A stretch of DNA of 64,000 nt from positions 49,600,001-49,664,000 of the forward strand of contig OZ024745.1 in assembly GCA_964016885.1 (NCBI GenBank). Reading direction: 5' to 3'. The stretch is from Eledone cirrhosa (lineage: Eukaryota). Below the pieces are notes generated by a model. The model saw only the letters and a program-made list of their open reading frames with translations. It was not told the origin of the DNA and made no database searches. Numbering within the stretch: position 1 is the first letter of the stretch; each line of letters starts with the position of its first letter. A program made the translations under genes and the position numbers. Positions 49,959 to 63,772 of the stretch are shown piece after piece.

Positions 49959-52162
49959 GAAAACACAGGTAAGCATTAAGAAAATAATTTTATCCAGGTA
50001 TTTACGACCGTTTCATTGGTAAGTGCAACCTTATATTGCTATACTGCAAATAGCAACCACTCAATGATAATTGTTGTTCACGTCCAAATTTTCAAAATAG
50101 TGAGTAAGTTACTCTTAAAAAAGTTCTTAATATATAGAGAAAAACATTTTTTTAAAATTGTATTTACTAGTATAGAGAGAGGGGAAGAGGAATTAGAAAG
50201 TGGGGGACAAACGGGATAGTATAGAGAGACTCTTAACCTAAATACGGGACTTATAAGACCTTTTCACAAGATTAATGAAAACTTAGCATACATCAACTGT
50301 AACTCAAACCACCCACTATCCATATTTAAATCCATTCCACGCAGCATATCCTTTAGGATCTCCCGCCGACAAATCTTCGAGAAACATGCAGAATACTACA
50401 ATACCGCACTAGACAAGGCAGGCCACTTAGATAGAGTAGAATATATAGATGAGAGCCTCCGCAAAGCGCACACGAACACGCATAACACAAACTCCAGAAA
50501 CACACGCACACACGCACTTACGCATAGAACTACAAATTATACTGTAAATAGAAATACAACATCGAAATCAAACAAGTCACGCAGTAGAAAATATATTTGG
50601 TATAACCCCATATTTAACACCTCTATTAGTACTAACCTACCCTCTACCTTCTTTAGAATAATAAATAAGCACTTTCCAGATTCACATAGATACAGCAAAA
50701 TCCTTAACACTAAATCTATTAGACTATCTTACTCCACGGCACCAAACATAGAGGCACACATTAAGATGCTTAACGCTAAAAAGATACATAACAACACCAG
50801 AACACAAATTTATAACAATAACAATACAATCACCATTGAACACAACAGAATATCTAGTATACAACCACCCACTAATAGGCAAACAAAACGTAACACACTT
50901 GTACAGGCATCGCAGCCCACCAATAATGCCAAAGTTGCCCATGACAAGAATTGTAACTGCCACCTACCTGAAACGTATCCATTACATAATGAATGTATGC
51001 AGTCTAACCTGGTTTACCAATGCACAGTAGAATCAGACAACCAGAAATGGTATTACATCGGAGTGACTGGGAATACATTTAAAGCCCGTTGGTATACACA
51101 CCGTTACGCAATGAAACATTCCCAGCATCGTTATGTAACTACCCTTGCAAACAAGACCTGGCAACTGAGGGAAAGTAACCACCAATACACCCTGAAGTGG
51201 AAAAAATTATCGAACGCGCCCCCATATTATATTATGGTATGAAGCTGTCGATTATGTGATCTTGAGCTGTTCCACATTTTGAGTTCGAAGAATAAGTTAC
51301 TCAACAATAAAATCGAAAGATCAATTTATTGTAACCATAGACTCAAAGAAATGTTTTCGCACTACAAGTGCAAATCGAACCCTTAAACTCTTGCTAGCAC
51401 CTGACAAACTGCATATACTTACACTTTCTACCCTCTTATTGTATCTAACCCCTTTAATTACCCACAAAAACCAATACATATATCCCTCCCTTCTCCTTCA
51501 TTCCTTTTCTATTTCTTTTCGTTTTCTTCCTTTCTTCTCTCCCCTTTTTGGCTATTTTTTCTCTTATTCTTTCTCCCCCCCCCCCCTTCTTTATTTTTAT
51601 TTGTTTTATATATATATTTCTCTCTCTCTCTCTCTCTCCATCCCTCTCGCTATAAACAATTTAATTCTCTTTAACTCACTACAATCTAAATCGACATGAA
51701 GTCTACGTATCAAAACTGATCAAGGAATCCTTCCACTTCTACTCCTCCCTCCATCTTAGTTTGTCCCTCTACTTCCTAACTCTTCTCCCCTTTCCTCTCT
51801 CTCTATACTAGTAAATACAATTTTAAAAAATTGTTTTTCTCTATATATTAAGAACTTTTTTAAGAGTAACTTACTCACTATTTTGAAAATTTGGACGTGA
51901 ACAACAATTATCATTGAGTGGCTGCTATTTGCAGTATAGCAATATAAGGTTGCACTTACCAATGAAACGGTCGTAAATACCTGGATAAAATTCTTTTCTT
52001 AATGCTTACCTGTGTTTTCTCTTTTATACTTTATACTCCAAGATTGAACGGAATTCTTACAAACGTGTGGAGTTACTCCTAACCGTACGTTGAAACCGTC
52101 CATGAAACTGGCTTTCTTAACCACAAAGTGGATCACAATAAGCATTTTCCTGCTTCCCTAAC
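49953..52162 (+). mobile_element. 5'-truncated Penelope-like element with inverted 5' pLTR
   Basis: Thumb-like HINCNSNHPLSIFKSIP, KYIWYNPIFN..INKHFP..IRLSYS, CNCHLPETYPLHNECMQSNLVYQC..YYIGVTGNTFKARWYTH (GIY-YIG). 49953-50218 is the reverse complement of about 51755-52026. (TA)n on both sides. Confidence 0.88.
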
Positions 52163-52175
52163 TATATATATATAA

Positions 52176-52229
<54 letters not shown>

Positions 52230-52234
<5 letters not shown>

Positions 52235-52282
52235 AGTATGTGTATACGTACATACATATATGTATACAGAGGTACAGTAGCA

Positions 52283-52328
<46 letters not shown>

Positions 52329-52554
52329 TGCTACTGATATGCACGTATCAGTTTAGCGGACGCTTATTATAACGCCCGCTTTGTTCGTTTGTAAACAAAC
52401 TGAACAGCCTGAATTTATGCCGTACGGTGTTAAGGCAACCACGTCACCTTTTTGTTCAACACTGACACAGGCTGTTCAGTTTGTTTACAAACGAACAAAG
52501 CGGGCGTTATAATAAGCGTCCGCTAAACTGATACGTGCATATCTGTATGTGTAC

Positions 52555-52631
<77 letters not shown>

Positions 52632-53061
52632 TGCTACTGTACGTCTGTATACATATATGTATGTACGTATACATACATACTTACATTTAAGTAAGTGCCG
52701 TACTAAGAGTGAGAAATGAAATTTCGTTTTCATTTTATTACAACTTATCGTTTTCGGTACGCCTGGCCGTCTGAACTCACTCGATATGCAAATTAGGCTG
52801 CTCAGCCGTTAATTTTCATAAGGAAAGTATATACTTTCGAACGTTCAACCATCTGGCAGAAGGGTACACGGTGCTGATGATAGCTAACAAGCTTGAAACT
52901 AGTACATCGTTCCTGTGTCAGTGTTGAACAAAAAGGTGACGTGGTTGCCTTAACACCGTACGGCATAAATTCAGGCTGTTCAGTTTGTTTACAAACGAAC
53001 AAAGCGGGCGTTATAATAAGCGTCCGCTAAACTGATACGTGCATATATGTATGTGTACCTC

Positions 53062-53125
<64 letters not shown>

Positions 53126-53240
53126 TGCTACTGTACGTCTGTATACATATATGTATGTACGTATACATACATATTTACATTTAAGTAAGTGCCGTACTAA
53201 GAGTGAGAAATGAAATTTCGTTTTCATTTTATTACAACTT
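52230..53240 (+). mobile_element. PLE pLTR array: one inverted partial unit plus two tandem units
   Basis: 52230-52470 is inverted relative to the downstream units; 52470-52748 is repeated at 52974-53240. Confidence 0.75.
52869..52909 (+). ncRNA. Intact minimal type I hammerhead ribozyme motif
   Basis: cggtg-CTGATGA-t-agct-aaca-agct-t-GAAA-ctag-TA-catcg. Confidence 0.82.
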
Positions 53241-53248
53241 ATATATAC

Positions 53249-53291
<43 letters not shown>

Positions 53292-53343
53292 CATATATAT
53301 ATATGCTTGCACACCGCCAGAGATTCGATTTTACTAAGTAGCC

Positions 53344-53411
<68 letters not shown>

Positions 53412-53485
53412 TAAAATATATATATATATAGACTAAAATCCAAAATATATATATACTAAAATATATATATATATAGACTAAAATC

Positions 53486-53529
<44 letters not shown>

Positions 53530-53534
<5 letters not shown>

Positions 53535-54222
53535 AATAATGGAGCTGCGGCGCTGCAAATGGGTTACATATGAAAAAGTTTGTCCTCATCAGTGGCCATC
53601 CAACGTCGTAGGCATTTCGTCGCATTAAAGGCCATATACCTCACGTTGGTGCGAGCAACGGCTAAAAAAAAGTCGTTGGGACACGTAAATAAAGGGGACG
53701 CTAGGGTAAACAAACAAAATGGTTTAAGCAGCAGAAAGAGAGGAAGAAGGAAACAAGTCCCAGATTTCTATGAATATAAATTCGGTGGAATCGTGAACGA
53801 GAGAATAAAGACCATCAAACCTGGTTGAAATGTGAGCAAGGAAGGAATTTCGCACAGGTCTAACGGGAGGAAGAAGGGGTCTGGTCTGCGAATTCGGTAA
53901 ACATAAGTTCTGTGAAGTCGCAGACGAGAGAGAGAGTGAAAAAAAATTCATACCGGCTTGGCCAAGTGCCCGCGAGAAAAGGATTGTGGACAGGTCAAAC
54001 GGGAAGAAAGGGGAGGAGGAGAGGTAGTGACAGAGAGTGAGTGAGTGAAAGGTGAGGAAGAGGCTAACAGAGAGAGACTGCTAGAAAGGGTAAAGACACA
54101 AAGAACGAAACAGACTGGTGGCAGCGGAGGAAAAAATATATGTGTAAATATGATAATAATGGAGCTGCGGCGCTGCAAATGGGTTACATATGAAAAAGTT
54201 TGTCCTCATCAGTGGCCATCCA

Positions 54223-54223
<1 letters not shown>
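53530..54223 (-). mobile_element. Non-coding element with ~75-bp direct terminal repeats (pLTR-like) in (TA)n
   Basis: 53530-53604 is identical to about 54149-54223; purine-rich interior; carries rearranged hammerhead copy C. Confidence 0.7.
53581..53683 (-). ncRNA. Rearranged (non-circularly permuted) hammerhead-like motif, copy C
   Basis: Minus strand: TGTCC-CAACGaCT..AGcCGTTG-c-TCGC-a-CCAACGT-g-AGGTA-TA-TGGCC-tttaat-GCGAC-GAAA-TGCCT-acg-ACGTTGG-at-GGCCA-CTGATGA-GGACA. Confidence 0.72.
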
Positions 54224-54258
<35 letters not shown>

Positions 54259-54264
54259 GTATAT

Positions 54265-54400
54265 ATATTCTTTTTCACTTACCATTTCTCTTTTGGTCTC
54301 TAATTTTTCAATTAATCTCCTTTATGTTCTATTCAGTCTCTTTTCGCTTTCCTTTATCCTGACCAACCTTTTACTTGTAAAAGGTATACATATATATATG

Positions 54401-54471
<71 letters not shown>

Positions 54472-54552
54472 GTGTATTTATATATATATATATACATATA
54501 TATGTATATATGTATATATATATATATGTATATATATATATAGATATATATG

Positions 54553-54629
<77 letters not shown>

Positions 54630-54643
54630 ATATATATGTATAT

Positions 54644-54715
<72 letters not shown>

Positions 54716-54841
54716 GTGTGTGTGTATATATATTCTTTTTCACTTACCATTTCTCTTTTGGTCTCTAATTTTTCAATTTAACTCCTTTCTGTTCTATTCA
54801 GTCTCTTTTCGCTTTCCTTTATCCTCACCAACCTTTTACTT
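54265..54841 (+). repeat. ~110-bp direct duplication separated by a long (TA)/(TG) tract
   Basis: ATTCTTTTTCACTTACCATTTCTC...ACCAACCTTTTACT at about 54267 and 54732. Confidence 0.85.
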
Positions 54842-56304
54842 CTCTACTTTCTGTTTTCACTTTTCCACAACTCTGTTGATATTGTTTTAGTTGCTTTTTA
54901 AATGGCGGTGAATATTATTGTTTTCAATAAGTACAAACATAAACATTACACAGAATTGGTGAATTCAGTTAACATGGTTGTTTAGCTTCATACCCGTTTA
55001 ATCCACCATAACTATGGTGATCATACTTTCCATTGATCAATTCTTTTGATACTACACACCTAGTTCTATGATAAGTAAATGTTCCTTTTCAAATCTTTCT
55101 TTTTTTTTTTAAACCAATCATCATAATTTTATGTAAGAACCACCATTAATGTTTAGGCTAATGTTTAGGTTTTTATGAGAAATATGTGTTAAGACAGTAT
55201 GCTGCTTTTAAAGACTATATGTTGTGCTTTGAATGAGATTTCACAGATATTTCTAGCAGGTCAAATGACTGCGTAGAAAATCGTTTATTGTCTCAGCTGA
55301 GATCAGTGGTTTCCTCTAAATGCACCTACATCATTGTACTGAAGAGAAGGAAAGCGATGGAGCCAAGCAGATAAAATATACTGCAGCAATCTGTATATTT
55401 AAGTTCCAAGAATCTGCCAATGTAGCGGTTTATTTTCTATAAATAAAATAGAAAACTGATTCTAACGGAATCAAAACTAAAATTGACAATAAAATTCAAA
55501 GTTGAAAACAAAAGGAAAACATAAAAGAATAGCACTTTTGAATGACACATTTCTCTTGTCTACAATGAGAAAATATCATACCATATCTGGTAAAAAGAAC
55601 AGAGTGTATCTCTATCTAGACTGTAAGTCTTTGTATAGATAAATATACTTCTATATTTCTGGTTTTAAAACTATTCATCCGGTCATAGCCATAGTTTAAA
55701 ACAATGACATCGTTTTTCTTTTAATTCGAAAATTTGTGTTATTTTCTCTATATTCATAATTGTTGTTTGCCTGTTATGTAGTGGATTTATAACTTTTCAA
55801 TGATTTCGCAGACTCTCTACGTCATTCATTCGTCCTTCCAGAGCATAGGACTAAATAAATGCCTTGCTATATTTGTTCCGGCGCTCTGAGTTCAAATCCC
55901 TCAGAGATCAGCGTTGCTTTTCACTTTTTCACTGGGGTTGATAAAATAAAGTACCAGTTCAGAGAAGAGGAAAGGTGGTAAGGTGGAATCGTTGGAGCAT
56001 CGAACGAGATGTCTTGTAGTATTTGTTCCGACGTTTTGCATTCTGAATTCAAATCGTCTTATGGTCTTCTTGAGTGTTAGCTTGAATCCGTCGCCTAGTT
56101 TAACACCACCACCTGGGCCTTATATATCTTTAACAGAGAATACTTTGTTATAACCATTCGGACTAGGTCTCCGTTTGGGGATACATTCTTCAGAATCATT
56201 GAAAGAGGCATCGGCATTTCTCCTCTTCCCCCGAATAACACTAAAAAAAACGAAGAACAAAAAAAAATGCGAACTCAGACACGTTGGTCTAATATTATTT
56301 CCCT

Positions 56305-56485
56305 ATTGGCATTATCGGTAGAGGGTCGGACGCCATGCTTTCCAGCATAGTTACGTCCCTTTACGATCTGAGTTCAAATCCCGCCGAGGTTGACTTTGCC
56401 TTTCATCCTTACGGGGTCGATAAAATAAAGTACCAGTAATGCACTGGATAATTGCTGGCCTTGTGCCTAAAGTAGAAACAATTAT
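56305..56485 (+). mobile_element. SINE, short young subfamily
   Basis: About 2 differences from 3259-3434; flanks TATTTTCCCT / TATTTCCCT are TSD-like. Confidence 0.9.
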
Positions 56486-56982
56486 TTCCCTTTAATTCTC
56501 TGATAGGAATTGTTTCTGTTCCCAAGCCACTCATTAAGCAATAGCTCTAGATTATATTGGCAATCTGAAGTCACAAGAAAGAGGGTGGGTTGAACCAGCC
56601 CAAGTACTGGACTGGGTTTTTTTATTTATCGATCTTGAAAGGGTGAAAGGTAAAGTTGACCTCGATGGAATTTGATCTCAGAGCAGAGTAAGCCAGAACA
56701 AATGCCGACACCCTAACCACTCTTCTGCCTCAGAGACACAAAGACATACTTAGAATTTGTTTCAACCAAACAATTAATAGAACTTCTACCTTAAAAATTA
56801 GCTCTTTGCTCTTCTTTAACTCTCCTTATATGCCACAAAATAATTTGCTAATACTTTATATTATTCTTTGTCGTTTATGACATTTTGTTTGATTTTAATT
56901 AACATGAAGATTTTATCGGTGAAAATCGATAAGATCAAGTTAGGTCTTGATAGGAAAAGTCTGTATAATCTACTCCCTCTCT

Positions 56983-57034
<52 letters not shown>

Positions 57035-57537
57035 TTCTCTTTCTCTCTCTCTCTCTCTTCTCGTTCTTTTTTTCTTCTCCCTCTCTCTCCTATGTATTTC
57101 AAATATATTCACTTATAAAGGCTACATCGTGAAATCAGTTGCTTTGAAAGGAATTAAAAAATATTAACTACATTAGCTAAAATAGAGTACAATAAAATGT
57201 TACAAATATTCTATAGTTAATATCGAAAAGGCTTTGAAAATATAAAATATTTAACAAAATAAATTATTGATATAAAAGTTTATGAGAATTTATTTTTACA
57301 TTAGCTTAAATGATTTGTGAGATGCTCATGATAATTTTTTTTATTCTTTTGATTTAACTATATTCTATTGCCTTTATCGTTGTTTGTTTGTGTGTGTGTG
57401 TGTGTGTGACCACGCGTGTGTGCATGTGCGTGTGTGTGTGTGTGTGAATATGCAGCGCAATGCATGTAGATAAACCATTACGTATTACTCATAAACAACT
57501 CAAACTTTCATATATATATATATATATATGGTGGGGG

Positions 57538-57708
57538 TGGGGAGCCCCTACAAGTACACACTAGAAGAGGGACATCGAGGTTGACATATGTTGATGCCCT
57601 AAGGACACACACAGGTCTCTTGGAGACGCAGGACATGGCAGCGATGATGAGGGACAGAAACCGCTGGAGACAATTCGTCCATAGATCTCGGGAATTTTAC
57701 CCGCCCTA
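57538..57708 (+). pseudogene. 3' end of an RTE-like LINE ORF
   Basis: [46 protein letters not shown]...stop, followed by (TAGA)n. Confidence 0.65.
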
Positions 57709-57719
57709 GATAGATAGAG

Positions 57720-58365
<646 letters not shown>

Positions 58366-59508
58366 GGTGGGGGTGAGGAGGAGAGAATGAGAGAGAGAGA
58401 GAGAAACATATATACAGACACTAATATCACTAATATGATGTTCTTGCAATAACAATACTTCCTTTTGAGCTTGAGCATGCGCATTAGTATTTACTCTTAA
58501 ACTAACATTCAAGATCAAAGTGGATGCCGATTGAAAAAGGATAAATGTGAATAGTAAAATAAATATATATCGTAAGGAACTAAAAAAAAGAGAGTTACAG
58601 AAAGAAAGCAAAGAGAGAGGGAGAGAGAGGGAGAGAGAGAGTAAACTCATTTATTATTTCTTTCATGGTACTAGTTGTAAGATATAAACCATTTCCGTTA
58701 AAAGAAATGCAGCTTTTAGTCTAATTAGAACTAATAAATGTTCTTACTCGCTCAAATATTGCTTTAAAATAAAAATACAAATATCACATTCTAATGATAT
58801 TAGTATTGGAAGAAAGGGATTTAATTGGAGTAAATTGTTTTTATTGATTTATACTAAAGTAATAATATATCGTGTACTTACACTGACTTCGATCTATTCA
58901 CATGGCATTTTACATTCTTGGTTTTTTTTTATTATCATTTTTATTTATTTTTTGTTCGATAACACTTTTTGTCGTGATACATTTATACATTTGCCTCTAT
59001 ATACTGTAGAATATGAAACAGATTTTCTCAACTATAAATGTTAGTACCGGAATTTTTTAGAATTCACTGTTATTGGAATGCTTCTTCGTTACACAGATAG
59101 CGAGAAAATGGGGGGTAGATGGATAGAAAAGCAAAGAAAGACGGTGATACATACGCATATGTAGATTGTTTTCTTCGCTGTTTAGTCAGAAAGGAAAAGG
59201 GCAGAGGCCATGACCACCCTTGAGGCCCCAGGGACTAGTGGAAGGGACAAAGAAATCCTCAAACCGGCAAGCTGACTCAAATGTTTGCAACAGATTGTAC
59301 TCCGTTAAAGGCACTCTTGAGCCAGGCGGTGGTGTTAAGCAAGGCGACAAATTAAAGTCTGCCACCTAAGTAGGTGTCTTTCTCTCTCTCACCCACCCAC
59401 CCCTATTATTATTATTTTATAATCATTTTTTTAAATTATATTTTTTAAATAGGTTTTTCTAGCTTCTCTAACTACTCTTTCGTGAATCTGTTCTCTCCCT
59501 ATCCAAAC

Positions 59509-59544
59509 TTTCCTGAAGGAAGACTTCTGTCCGAAACGTCGAAA
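59509..59544 (+). ncRNA. Degenerate minimal hammerhead in a PLE-type tail
   Basis: tttc-CTGAAGG-aagacttctgtcc-GAAA-cg-TC-gaaa. Confidence 0.55.
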
Positions 59545-60054
59545 CCTCCTCCACTTACACCAAGTGTGACCCTTAATATGTAAAAATTGCCACCTATGTT
59601 TTATTTCATTTATTAACTATATATATATGATGTGTAAATTTAACGACCAAACTTCAAGATTCCAACTTCCGGTAAAAAAAAGCTATATAATGTTGGTGAC
59701 GAAAGACAAACGGCATACAATAAAATGGACAGTGAAAATATGCCAACAAGATTTCTGATGATAAAACTGTGAAAGTCTAGAAACATTATGGATTTATGAA
59801 CTTATGTTCCAAAAGGAAGTGCAAAATACTTTCAATGAAATATGAGAATAATCTAATTTTAAAAAAAGTTAAAATTTGAACATAGCCATGTCTTTAAGCT
59901 CAGGGGTATAAAAGAAAGGTTCTTAACCATATGTACGAATATATTTAGAAATCTGTGTATTTTCGTGTTTATGCTTATTGATCACCTGTACAGGCAATAT
60001 TTATTAGAATGCTGTTGAAGTGTGTATACGTTTTTGGGGACACCCTCTATATAT

Positions 60055-60265
60055 ATCGACAGTTGATCGACTTTTCGTCAAATCGAACCGAGGAAACAAT
60101 GTTTCCATTGGTCTTTCCAATTGCTAATACTCTCTATCGGTCGCAACTCCAGGTAGAAGGAGCAACGGGAAATAAGTGCCTTGCCCTAGGGCGTAAAGCA
60201 CCGCCAGGTTCGAACTCACAACCTCAATTGCGAATCCAATTCTCTAACCATTCAGCCACGCACCT
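60055..60265 (-). mobile_element. Second tRNA-derived SINE family, minus copy
   Basis: Reverse complement of 61904-62117. Confidence 0.8.
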
Positions 60266-60644
60266 TAACATGTGTGTGCGCGCGTGTGCATATGTGTGTG
60301 TGTTTGTGTGTGTGTGTTTCTGTGTGTACATGTACATATCCATATATGAACCTGTACGTAAGGCTTCTTCACAATTTCCATTTGTCAAATTTCATTCACA
60401 ATGTATAAGTCAATATGTCTCTTTGCTACATGTTTTGGAAGCGAACTTCTTAATTACACAGTCATACCTGCACCCACTTAGATTTCTTTCATATGACTGT
60501 CATAACTTCCTATTTCAGCAGCTTTTTAAAGTATTAGGTTGTGTCTAGTAAAACAATAACATTTTGTCGTGTACTAGTATCTAGTAAAACAGCAATCTTT
60601 TGTCATGTACTAGTATTGTGCTTTGCTAGTTAATCATTTAATAT

Positions 60645-60808
60645 AATTGTTTCTACTTTTGGCACAAGGCCAGCAATTACCCAGTACATTATTGGTACTT
60701 TATTTTATAGACCCCGTAAGGATGAAAGGCAAAGTTAACCTCGACGGGATTTGAACTCAGACCGTAAAAGGAGGTAACTATGCTGGAAAGCATGGCGTCC
60801 GACCCTCT
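60645..60808 (-). mobile_element. SINE, short subfamily
   Basis: Reverse complement of the 3255 type. Confidence 0.85.
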
Positions 60809-61821
60809 AATATAACCATTTAATATAATGTTACGTATATTAAACTAAAGCTGTTTGCACCTGGAAAATACTTCTCTGATGTGGAATATCAACAGTCGCT
60901 TAACCATACAACACTTTCCTCGCCTTGTCACAGATATTGTCCAAGAAAAAGGCAAAAACCGGCATATTTTGGAAACGGTGACGACCCAGAACTCTGATTG
61001 CAAAAGGCCGAAAAAGTTATCGCAAGGCTTCGTGTCTAATGCTCTAACATTTCCGCAAACATAGTGCTCTAGGCTGGTATTTATTTTGTCAATATCAAAA
61101 GGACGAAACACAAAGTTGACCTCTGCGTGATTTTGAAGTCAGAGAGCCGGAACAAAACGCTCAGGGAGGTTGCGAGTGCCATGAGAGGGCTTTCGAAATA
61201 ATTGAAAATAGTATAATCCACTGCATAAAAAGCAAGCAATACATTTAAAAAAAAGATGTCATTCTAAGGGGTTTTAAATCATGACATATACTTTAGGTAT
61301 TGTGCAGAGGAATCTAACCGTGAACTGGGTGGTTGCGAAACGAACCTCTTAACCATACAGCTAATCTTTTCATATGACTCTCGTAATTTCCTAGTTCATC
61401 TGCCCGTAAATATATCAGGTTTTGTGCCTCGTAAAGCAGCGCCATTAGTCATGTACTAATCACGGCTTTGCTTATCATTTCTCATTACCGTTTTAATGTT
61501 CCATGTATTAAATACGTTAAGACAATCTTTCTTACCAATTGACTTTCATACCGATGGTGCCTACATTTGTTTAACCTGTAAACTATTCTCCTGGGCCAAC
61601 AAATGAACAACCTTTTACATCAATATGATTCATTCATCAGTATTTTCATAATTAACTTCAAGGTTACGTTTCACTGAAGTCGTCCCCCATCCCTGTCCCA
61701 TTCTTCTGCGACCCTAGAGCCCTTACCCTTCCCTTCCTTTTCCGTTTTCATAACCACAAAAGACGCATTTTTTTACAATAAAACCTTCTATTACGCACAC
61801 ACACATATATATATAGAGAGA

Positions 61822-61875
61822 GAGATTCCTGATGATTTCTAAAGAATGAAACAGTTCTAGTCCTGTATAATCTCA
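61822..61875 (+). ncRNA. Isolated type I hammerhead motif, same family as 26706-26896
   Basis: gagattc-CTGATGA-tttctaaagaat-GAAA-cagttctagtcctg-TA-taatctc. Confidence 0.7.
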
Positions 61876-61903
61876 TCTCTCTCTCTATATATATATATAT
61901 ATA

Positions 61904-62117
61904 GGCGTGTGGCTGAGTGGTTAGAGAATTGGATTCGCAATCGTAAGGTTGTGAGTTCGATTCCTGGACCAGGCGATGCGTTATGTCCTTGAGCAAGACA
62001 CTTTATTTCACGTTGCTCCTTCTACCTGGAGTTGCGACCGATAGATAGTATTAACAATTGGAAAGACCAACGGAAACATTGTTCCCTCGGTCCGATTTGA
62101 CGAAAGTCGATCGACTT
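61904..62117 (+). mobile_element. Second tRNA-derived SINE family (Meta-like core)
   Basis: A box TGGCTGAGTGG, B box GAGTTCGATTCC, core TGTCCTTGAGCAAGACACTT. Confidence 0.82.
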
Positions 62118-62191
62118 CTATATATATATATATACGTATATATATATATATATACGTATATATATATATATATATATATACGAATATATAC

Positions 62192-62227
<36 letters not shown>

Positions 62228-62579
62228 GAAAGGTATAGAAAACACTGCAGCGAAAAGCGAACAGCATTTCATAATATATAAGTGACTATAGCGTCAAAAT
62301 GGGAAAAATAGTTAACGTAAGATGTGGGAAAAAATAATTCAAACTCATCTCAAAGAGAATCAGGATATAAATTCATCCACAGAATTTAGTGAAATCCAGG
62401 GAAAAATCAATCGAGCCTTAACTCATGATAAAATAAAGTCTAAAATACTTATCCTTCAATTTGGAAAAACTTCAAATGCTCTGTATAGTCTTAAAGACTA
62501 TTTCGTGAAAACTTTCAGTGGAGATGGTCACGGTTGAAGTTCATCATCAGCAGAGCTCAACTCGATAACCAGGACTCTC

Positions 62580-62779
62580 ACAGATTAATATGCCAAAAAG
62601 GGAATTTTAAAGCTGGCCAGTTCCATACCGAGAACAAATGTTTCACTTTATGCGGATCTTCGCATAAGGTGAAACATTTGTTCTCAGTATGGTGAACTAA
62701 CTGTTGTGGAACTACTTCTACCAAACTCGTCCCATGGACTGAGTGCTCTACTACTACGGATATACCCTCCAATGTTCTA

Positions 62780-62782
<3 letters not shown>
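62580..62782 (+). mobile_element. PLE pLTR 3' fragment related to 31190-31292
   Basis: TAAGGTGAAACATTTGTTCTC and ACTCGTCCCATGGACTGAGTGCTCTAC..TACGGATAT are shared; ends in (TA)n. Confidence 0.7.
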
Positions 62783-62840
<58 letters not shown>

Positions 62841-62906
62841 AAATTATTAGATTTTTCCAAATTTTAAAGGTTTCTTACGAACTTTCAATGTTTATTTTAG
62901 GTTTTG

Positions 62907-62964
62907 CCGTCTGAAGAGCTCAGGCTGTCATAATTGATAGTCCTCAGTGAAATATGTATAACAG
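62907..62964 (+). ncRNA. Type I hammerhead motif with extended stem II
   Basis: ccgt-CTGAAGA-gctcagg..cctcagt-GAAA-tatgta-TA-acag; the 49837-49883 copy ends in acgg. Confidence 0.6.
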
Positions 62965-62999
62965 ACTTCTAAATAAACAGAATATGGCCTCCGATCTTA

Positions 63000-63104
<105 letters not shown>

Positions 63105-63177
63105 CTGTATGTCTGTCTGTATATATATATATATATATATATACATATATACGTATATGCATATATATATATATATA

Positions 63178-63361
63178 ACTGTTTCTACTTTAGGCACAAG
63201 GCCAGCAATTATCCCAGTGTATTACTGGTACTTTATTTTATCTACCCCATAAGGATGAAAGGCAAAGTTAACCTCGGCGGGATTTGAACTCAGACTGTAA
63301 AGGGACGTAACTATGCTAGAAAGCATGGCGTCCAACCCTCTACCGATACTGCCAATTCACC
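63178..63361 (-). mobile_element. SINE, short subfamily
   Basis: Reverse complement of the 3255 type. Confidence 0.88.
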
Positions 63362-63687
63362 ATATATATATATAACGGCGATGAATTAGTTTTGCGAGGT
63401 TTTTGATGGCGTAAGCATACAATTCAACGGGAGGAAACATAATAGCACCACTCACGATGTTGCAGATATGCAACGAAAGAACTTTGTTAGACTATATATA
63501 TGTGTTTGTGTCTATATTGTATCTGTATTTTTGACCGTTGGTCAGTCAATGGTAACATTGAGGACCAAATAAATTAAATTAACCGATATAAAAGACACAG
63601 AAGCGAAAAATTACCAAACAGTGAGTGTGTTCTGTTATTAATTCTGGCAATATTATTACACAAATATGACCCTCCCCAAGTATAACA

Positions 63688-63772
<85 letters not shown>

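Noticed and set aside
61904-61970. tRNA genes at A/B-box motifs
   Set aside because: No full cloverleaf, and each continues into a SINE body.
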